Positions 15,956 through 21,694 of a DNA stretch of 32,000 nucleotides are shown here, one piece after another. Position numbers and translations under genes: made by a program. Every line of letters begins with the position of its first letter. Position 1 is the first letter of the stretch. The notes under the pieces are model-generated. The model did not search any database. It saw nothing but the letters and a program-made list of their open reading frames with translations, and was not told the DNA's origin. Source of the DNA: Candidatus Uhrbacteria bacterium (GTDB lineage Bacteria; Patescibacteriota; Patescibacteriia; UBA9934; GWF2-40-263); the NCBI GenBank assembly GCA_016188425.1, contig JACPHX010000018.1, positions 3,164 through 35,163 of the forward strand, given 5' to 3'.

Positions 15956-16391
15956 ATCCGAGTGCATTTCACGTTTTACGACCGCCGTCGTTCGCCGCAA
16001 CATGATGTCGCGACTTCCTGGCATTGCGCCAAGCGTTTCTTTCTCCGCCTACTTCTGCGCTGGGTCGAAACCCTGCACTGGACATGAGCGGATCAATTGA
16101 CTTGCGTACATTGGGGCTCTGCTTCCCCTGGGCTCACCACAAGACAGGTGACTTCACTCTTTTCTTACCGGGTAGAAGATTTTCTCCCGAACCTGCACCA
16201 CACAATGGCGCAGGTATTAAGCAGACACTTTGGGAAGCAGTCGCATCCTCCCCGTGTGCCCGCGGAAAGTGGGGATGCCGCTACCGTTTCACTGGTTCGT
16301 AGTCACCAGTTTGCCGTCATCCTTGCGGATGGGGCGAAACGATAGAGGAATCATCCTCAACTCTCCTTTTTTGTGGTTTAGTAATCGATTC

Positions 16392-16425
16392 ATCTCTCCA
16401 CAACCACAGAATGGAGAGATTTTTG
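16392..16425 (+). terminator. hairpin with a T run on the plus strand only
   Basis: ATCTCTCCA-11 nt-TGGAGAGAT followed by TTTT. It lies 9 nt beyond the stop of the convergent 526-aa gene, and on the minus strand no U tract follows it. Confidence 0.55.
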
Positions 16426-16433
16426 ACGGGCTG

Positions 16434-18014
16434 TCAGCCGACCTTCACGAATTCGAGACCCAACTCTCGAGCTTGAGCAATGGTAATTTTGTCACCATGC
16501 TTCAGCCCTTGATTGTTCTCGGTCGTGAGGGTCGACTCCCTGATGGGATCGCCGGGGAAAAACGTCCAGATAATCTGGCCATTGTCCCCGGGGCCAACGA
16601 GAGCTACCGTGAAATTCACGGAAGACCTCGGAAGCCCCACCGCCACCGGCATGAGCTTCCCCGTCCCCTTCTGGTCATTCAGCACCAACTCTGTCCCCGA
16701 AGGGAGGTTGTCGATGCTGTCGACCCCCATCTCTCCCGCGAGCGCCGCGCGAAAACCCTGAGCCGGCGCGTTGATCGAAGAATGGGCATAGGGCGCCCAC
16801 TCCGCGGCCAACACGACCTTCTCGAGCTCCTCCACCCCAATATTTGGGTAGATCGAGCCGAGTCGCTTCTCGGAATCCCCGGCGCGCATGGCGAGGCAGT
16901 CGGCCCAATACGAGGGCGAACCCTCGTTCCGGCTGGGGACCAACTTGGTCGCAGCGATCGCAGCCCGCACCTGAGCCGTGGGCCCGAGGTGACGGCTGGC
17001 CTTGAGGGCCGGAAGAATCGCACTCTCCCACACGGCTTCGCTGCAATGAAGCAGGAAGTCGGTATTTGAGAGCAATCCCACTTCGAGCCCAACCGGCTGG
17101 CCTGCCGCGAGTCGTCGCAGATCAACTCCTTGGTCACCCAAGGTCTTGATCTGATACTTCTCGACGACCGCGAGCGACACCTGCGAGCCCGTCTTTGCCG
17201 CGATCGGGCCCTCCGATTTGATCGTGACGGTCACCTTCGCGCCCTTTTTGTCGAGCGCTCCGGTTACCGTGTTCAAATCGAATTTGCCCGTACCTCGGCT
17301 GTCGACGAGCCACACCGCCGGCGCAACCTCGACCGTGGTTTCGAGAACCTTCTTGGCCCCCTCGACCGCGGCTTCGTACGCCGCCACCGCCCCCTCGAGC
17401 TCGCTCCGTGCCGCTGCATTGCCGGAAGCTGCTTTGACGAAATTTTCGAACAATTTCGCCTTCGCATCCTCCGAGATTTGCGGCTTCTCCTTGTTGAAGG
17501 GAGGGAGCGTACTCATGGCGCGGCAGACGAGCCATCCCAGCTCGCTCAAGTTCAGAGCGTTTTGCTGGGGTCGCACGTCGAAGATCGGGGCATCCTTGTC
17601 CAAACCTTCGTACGAAACTCCGAGCGCTTTCATCGCGCCCAAAAGCCCGTCTAGGTCCGGATCGGCGATCACAAGGTCGATCCCCACGAACTCCCCGAGC
17701 TGCACCAATTGGGCACAGCCTGGGAAATCCTTCCGGAGCACGATCTGGGCATTGCTACCCAAAATCAATTCGACGCGCTCGGCAGCCTCGGGATTTCTTC
17801 CTTCGCTGCGATGATGATCTCGGACGACGCCCTCGACGTTCATCTTGACCAACTCTTCGATGGTCTGCGCGAGCACGGGCGTGCTCGGCGTGTCGATGAA
17901 CAACACACGCTGGGGCATCGCTTGCCCCAAAGCCTCCAACAACAGCTCCCGGTCGCTGTCATTGAAGAATCTCTGGAAGTAGACCGGGGTTCCATTGATT
18001 CCGAACTTGAACAT
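16434..18014 (-). CDS. hypothetical 526-aa protein with DHH-phosphoesterase-like motifs in unusual order
   Basis: ORF track 16434..18086. I start it at the internal ATG 18014 (MFKFGINGTPVYF), which has AAGGAG 7 nt upstream. The N-terminal third contains VLFIDTP, VRDHH and ADPDLDG. The C-terminal 350 aa has no motif I recognise. Confidence 0.8.
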   Translation of the reverse strand: MFKFGINGTPVYFQRFFNDSDRELLLEALGQAMPQRVLFIDTPSTPVLAQTIEELVKMNVEGVVRDHHRSEGRNPEAAERVELILGSNAQIVLRKDFPGCAQLVQLGEFVGIDLVIADPDLDGLLGAMKALGVSYEGLDKDAPIFDVRPQQNALNLSELGWLVCRAMSTLPPFNKEKPQISEDAKAKLFENFVKAASGNAAARSELEGAVAAYEAAVEGAKKVLETTVEVAPAVWLVDSRGTGKFDLNTVTGALDKKGAKVTVTIKSEGPIAAKTGSQVSLAVVEKYQIKTLGDQGVDLRRLAAGQPVGLEVGLLSNTDFLLHCSEAVWESAILPALKASRHLGPTAQVRAAIAATKLVPSRNEGSPSYWADCLAMRAGDSEKRLGSIYPNIGVEELEKVVLAAEWAPYAHSSINAPAQGFRAALAGEMGVDSIDNLPSGTELVLNDQKGTGKLMPVAVGLPRSSVNFTVALVGPGDNGQIIWTFFPGDPIRESTLTTENNQGLKHGDKITIAQARELGLEFVKVG

Positions 18015-18397
18015 TTGAATCTCCTTCTCCCCCACCCTTCGGCAGAGGAACTCATTTCCAGGATCCGTTTCATCCCTCGACTCCACCCCTTCGATATTCT
18101 CAAGGGCTTCGCTTTGGACTAGGGCGTCCTTTCCCTAGATGGTCTTGCCATCATGCATATCGTCGTGACTTCAGCAGACGATAAAAGCCTAGTGTTCTTG
18201 CGCCAACACGGCGGGATATTTTCCTGTGTGGCCCTTTTGGAACCACGGAGGATCTAACGCTGATCCAGCGGCGATGGATGATAACCGTCCATGCCCGGCC
18301 CCTTTCTGACATTGCCTGCAACAGGGGTTCGCCTAGTCTCGTAAGACCAAACGCGATCGCAGGGTTCGAACCAGTTTCCGGATATCAGAGCCTTTCA

Positions 18398-18455
18398 GCC
18401 CTCTCAATCCTTTCCGCCCTTTCAGGCCTGATTCGACTATGAGAACTCTCTCCCC
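18398..18455. repeat. possible degenerate copy E of the cassette-boundary element
   Basis: CCCTCTCAATCC-TTTCCGCCCTTTCAGGCC-TGATTCGACTATGAG...CTCTCC. Only the first block and the general layout match. Confidence 0.35.
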
Positions 18456-18513
18456 AAACTCCATCGCACTGGATGAAGCTGAGGGATCGAGGGGGAAGTT
18501 TATTCCCCGTTGG

Positions 18514-18609
18514 TTTCAAGGGTCTCAAGGGTTACAAGGGATTCAAGGGCATTCGCTTTCCGAACACCCTTGCGACCCTTGCGACTCTTGAAACCCTTGC
18601 AACCCTTAC
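18514..18609. repeat. inverted arrays of 9-bp repeats (4x NNCAAGGGN facing 5x ACCCTTGNN)
   Basis: The left arm is TTCAAGGGT CTCAAGGGT TACAAGGGA TTCAAGGGC. The spacer is ATTCGCTTTCCGAAC. The right arm is ACCCTTGCG ACCCTTGCG ACTCTTGAA ACCCTTGCA ACCCTTAC. Confidence 0.8.
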
Positions 18610-18738
18610 TGTGCCTCGAGCAAATTGATTTGGATCTCCATAAAGATATTCGGAACGCCTCCAACGGGTTGGGAGCGTAGGTAAATATCCGTTTTTCCAC
18701 AGACGAGCCGTTGACGGAATTTGTGACTCGTGGTGTGT

Positions 18739-18744
18739 TATACT
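18739..18744 (+). promoter_or_regulatory. candidate extended -10 (TGtTATACT) of the second coiled-coil gene
   Basis: TGTTATACT at 18736-18744, within the upstream block conserved with paralog 1. AGGA lies 5 nt before the ATG at 18807. Confidence 0.4.
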
Positions 18745-18806
18745 CAAGAGGAACAGGCCGAACTCCAACGGCAATTTGTTCACTTAATTCATAAATTTAG
18801 GAATCT

Positions 18807-19229
18807 ATGAATCAGGAACAAGCCGTTATTCAGACACTGACAGCTATTCTGTCCTTGCAGAAGGAATTCGGTTCCATGCAGAAGGACATAAAATCAATGC
18901 AAGGAGATATCGGAACCATCCAGAAGACGATGGCGACAAAGCAAGATATCCAAGAACTCAAGAAGGACATTCAGACGGTGAAGAGCGATGTCCAGGCACT
19001 GAAGAGCGATGTCCAAACACTGAAGGGAGACGTATTATCCGTCCAAAGCGATGTCCTGACCATCACAAGAGAATCCCGAGACACTCTCAAGATCGTCCAA
19101 TTCCTTAAGGACAAGGCCGTCTCGCAGGACGAGCTAAAGGCCAAAGATGCGAAGGTAATTACCATGGTCGACATGCTCGTCGAAAAAGGCACCTTCACTT
19201 CCAAAGACCGTAAACGCATTTTTGCGTAA
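18807..19229 (+). CDS. coiled-coil protein, paralog 2 (140 aa)
   Basis: It has four 21-bp tandem units at 18978-19061 (VKSDVQA/LKSDVQT/LKGDVLS/VQSDVLT). The C-terminal FLKDKAVSQDELK and MLVEKGTFTSKDRKRIFA match paralog 1. Confidence 0.8.
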   Translation: MNQEQAVIQTLTAILSLQKEFGSMQKDIKSMQGDIGTIQKTMATKQDIQELKKDIQTVKSDVQALKSDVQTLKGDVLSVQSDVLTITRESRDTLKIVQFLKDKAVSQDELKAKDAKVITMVDMLVEKGTFTSKDRKRIFA

Positions 19230-19266
19230 GAACAAGACTCAAAAACCATTTCTTCCTACAGTACGG

Positions 19267-19313
19267 AGCCGGTTTCCGACATTCGGCCAGAGGTCGTGTC
19301 GGGGCCGGTTTTT
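19267..19313 (+). terminator. Rho-independent terminator (long bulged hairpin plus T run)
   Basis: CCGG..CCGACA-15 nt-TGTCGG..CCGG, followed by TTTTT. Confidence 0.65.
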
Positions 19314-19864
19314 ACGTACACGGAAAGACGCAGTTGTTTTGAATCTGTTGTTATTCAGTTGTAAGGAACGCTGCGCGGACTTCCTGTTTCTTCAACAGGC
19401 CTTCCACGGACTCTCTCCTTAGTTTTGATAAGGAGTGCAGGTGACTCAATGTCTTTTGGACATTGAATACCCGCGCACTCGTTACCATGATGGTTCTGGT
19501 GAACGCATCAGGGGCATCGCTTCGTTCCTCCCCGCGCCTCTCTCAAAACGCGAGGTGACGTAATTCCGTCGATGCCGGTTCCTTGGGGTCGACCCAAGGT
19601 TGCCAGACGAGGTTGTTTCCATAGGATCAGGTCTCTCTCCCTGCGGTCGTCCTTGCGGACGCCCACTCCTATAGACGAAACACTCGTTAGAGTTGCCTCG
19701 ATTTCTGTGAAGAAATCAAAAGGCAGGTTTATCGTTCTTTCTCAATGAGAGTTCGACAAACCTGCCTTATCCAAACCTCGCGGTTTGAATTATTCCAGTG
19801 GCTATTGCGCCATGCTGGTTCCCCTTATAACCCAGGGTTCGGTCTCTCTCTAGTTGTAAAGGAC

Positions 19865-19888
19865 GTTGGAATGTTGGAATGTTGGAAT
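19865..19888. repeat. 3x tandem GTTGGAAT
   Basis: GTTGGAATGTTGGAATGTTGGAAT, with a partial GTTGGAG at 19896-19902. A C-rich 7-8 bp periodic tract (CTGCCCTC CGCCCTC TGCCTC CTGCCCTC) follows. Confidence 0.6.
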
Positions 19889-20068
19889 CTTCGGCGTTGG
19901 AGCTGTTCGTTTAGAACCTGCCCTCCGCCCTCTGCCTCCTGCCCTCTTCCGCCATTTGATCTTCGTGGGACGAGTATAACATAAAACACAGAAAGTGTCA
20001 AGGGTCTAGTGGCGGCAAATAGCCATATTATCTAATTTTAGAGACATTATATAGGTATATAAATGCCA

Positions 20069-20097
20069 TTGACTCTGTGACATAAATGAGGTATTCT
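20069..20097 (+). promoter_or_regulatory. sigma70-type promoter for the TrmB-like gene
   Basis: TTGACT (20069-20074), a 17-nt spacer, then TATTCT (20092-20097), inside the only AT-rich patch of the region. Confidence 0.6.
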
Positions 20098-20200
20098 AGA
20101 AAAGAAGGAAAAAGAGGCGGGGAATGGCGAGCGTCAAGCCGAGCCCGAACAAGGGCAACCCCACCAAACCTCCCCTTGGCAGGGAGGCTTCGAACCGGAC

Positions 20201-20284
20201 ATTCCTAGCCCTCCCAGTCCTCTCCTTCCCAGTCATTCCTAGTCTTTTCTTTCTAGCCCTCCCAGCCATTTCTAGCCATCCCTC
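20201..20284. repeat. four CTAG-centred repeats TTC(C)TAGCC(C/A)TCCC in the leader
   Basis: ATTCCTAGCCCTCCCAG (20201), ATTCCTAGTC (20236), TTTCTAGCCCTCCCAG (20250), TTTCTAGCCATCCC (20269). Confidence 0.5.
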
Positions 20285-20287
20285 TCT

Positions 20288-21166
20288 ATGCCCCATGAAA
20301 TACATTTCCCCATCCTTCTAAAGATGGGGCTCAATCAAACAGAAGCCCTTATTTATGAGCTTCTGCTTGAGATGGGACGGTCTAAAGCGCGAGAAGTCGT
20401 TGAAAAGGCCGAGCTTGGGCGTGGGAACGTTTATAATGCTTTGCTTTCTTTGCAAACCATGGGATTTATCCAAGTCGTTGAGGGAAAACAAACGGAATAT
20501 GAGGCCGTAGACCCAGGGCGCCTTTCTTCGCTTATTGATCGCCGGCGCAAAGAAATTGAGCAGATAGAGGCGGAATACAAGGAAGCGGCCACGCAAATGC
20601 TGTCGACATTCCGTCTTTCCACGGGGAAACCGGCGATTCAGATATACGAGGGGTTTGAGGGGACAAAAAAGGCGCTCTACGATTCCCTGCAGTCAAAGGG
20701 AGAAATCCTGACCTATCTGGATCCTGCGGCGCTTTCACAAGAAATAGCCGACCTCAACAAACGGTATGTCACAGAACGCCGCAAACGCGGGATCCATAAA
20801 CGCATCTTGCTCCCTGACAATGCCGCAGCGCGGGAGTATTTGAAGGTGGGCGGAGGTGAATTTACCGAAATCCGCCTCGCAAAGGGACTTTCCGAGCATT
20901 TTAAGACCGCGATGGAAATCTACGACGATACGGTCACATTGCTCACCATGACTCCAGAACGCAATATTTCCGTTATTTTGACGGATCCCAACATCACTTC
21001 CCTCATGCGGGCCCAATTCGAGTTCGTTTGGAGGCGGTCCGCTTCGTCGGAACCCGTTGCCCACCGTCATTCTCCCCCCTCCACTCCCCCTCCTTCACCT
21101 TCCCAACCTCCTCCTCCATCGCCACCCATCTCTCCCCCGTCTTCGAGTCCGCAAAATAACGGATAA
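20288..21166 (+). CDS. TrmB-family transcriptional regulator with a Pro/Ser-rich C-terminal tail
   Basis: The N-terminal winged HTH reads ILLKMGLNQTEALIYELLLEMGRSKAREVVEKAELGRGNVYNALLSLQTMGFI. The last roughly 40 aa are PPSTPPPSPSQPPPPSPP and overlap a convergent ORF. Confidence 0.8.
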   Translation: MPHEIHFPILLKMGLNQTEALIYELLLEMGRSKAREVVEKAELGRGNVYNALLSLQTMGFIQVVEGKQTEYEAVDPGRLSSLIDRRRKEIEQIEAEYKEAATQMLSTFRLSTGKPAIQIYEGFEGTKKALYDSLQSKGEILTYLDPAALSQEIADLNKRYVTERRKRGIHKRILLPDNAAAREYLKVGGGEFTEIRLAKGLSEHFKTAMEIYDDTVTLLTMTPERNISVILTDPNITSLMRAQFEFVWRRSASSEPVAHRHSPPSTPPPSPSQPPPPSPPISPPSSSPQNNG

Positions 21167-21245
21167 TCACTTTTCCACTGTTCGTCTCGGCTTCGATTTC
21201 CTTGGCCATCCGTTCGCGGTCGGCTGGGAGTTGGTATTTCCTCAC
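21003..21245 (-). CDS. hypothetical small protein (80 aa), extent uncertain
   Basis: The N-terminal MRKYQLPADRERMAKEIEAETNSGKVIIRYFADSKTGERWVAMEE looks coding. The C-terminal part overlaps the TrmB tail by 164 nt. Confidence 0.35.
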   Translation of the reverse strand: MRKYQLPADRERMAKEIEAETNSGKVIIRYFADSKTGERWVAMEEEVGKVKEGEWRGENDGGQRVPTKRTASKRTRIGPA

Positions 21246-21449
21246 CTATACGCCTTCGACCCCCTCGAGGAGATCTTCTTTTGTGATTCCCCCTTGGCGA
21301 GCCAAATTACGATAATTCTTATTTATTCGATCCGTCTTGCGCAATTCCTTCATTTTTTTCTCCCAAGAACCCGAAAACCTCTCGGACATTATCTCTTGAA
21401 ACAGAGAACTTTCCTCGCCTTCCTGGAGCATCTCTTTTCCAACAAACAT
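21246..21449 (-). CDS. hypothetical small protein (about 67 aa)
   Basis: This is the internal ATG of ORF 21246..21659, whose upstream part is antisense to tRNA-Leu. Its stop abuts the next ATG at 21245. Confidence 0.35.
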   Translation of the reverse strand: MFVGKEMLQEGEESSLFQEIMSERFSGSWEKKMKELRKTDRINKNYRNLARQGGITKEDLLEGVEGV

Positions 21450-21576
21450 CCTTGAATCGATTCGGCGCGTGGCTATATTTATTACCACAATCCTACCACA
21501 TCCATTGTCCCCAGCGCCTCTCTTTGCTATTCTCCCTACCAATAGTCCCTCGTTCTTGTTGCCCTCAAAACCTGTT

Positions 21577-21661
21577 GCCGGAGTGGCGGAATTGGCAGAC
21601 GCGCATGGCTTAGGACCATGTGGGGCAACCCGTGGAGGTTCGAGTCCTCTCTCTGGCACCA
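21577..21661 (+). tRNA. tRNA-Leu (anticodon TAG)
   Basis: Acceptor GCCGGAG/CTCTGGC, anticodon arm CATGG-CTTAGGA-CCATG, long variable arm, T arm GGAGG-TTCGAGT-CCTCT, and CCA encoded. Confidence 0.9.
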
Positions 21662-21694
21662 GGTTTTGGTGGTGATCGACGTTTTCTCAACTGT

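Noticed and set aside
18355-18380. GGGTTCGAACC (also GGCTTCGAACC near 20188) as a tRNA or tmRNA T-arm.
   Set aside because: The flanking bases do not form a T stem or an acceptor stem, and no cloverleaf can be drawn.
19400-19870. RNase P RNA, tmRNA, SRP RNA or a cobalamin riboswitch in the non-coding gap.
   Set aside because: Only isolated words match (GAGAGAGTCCG; GCCACTG and ACCTGCC on the minus strand). The expected companion blocks (P4 partner ACAGAA..., a tRNA-like 3' end with CCA, GGTG..AATCC) are missing or in the wrong order, and no suitable downstream gene exists for a riboswitch.
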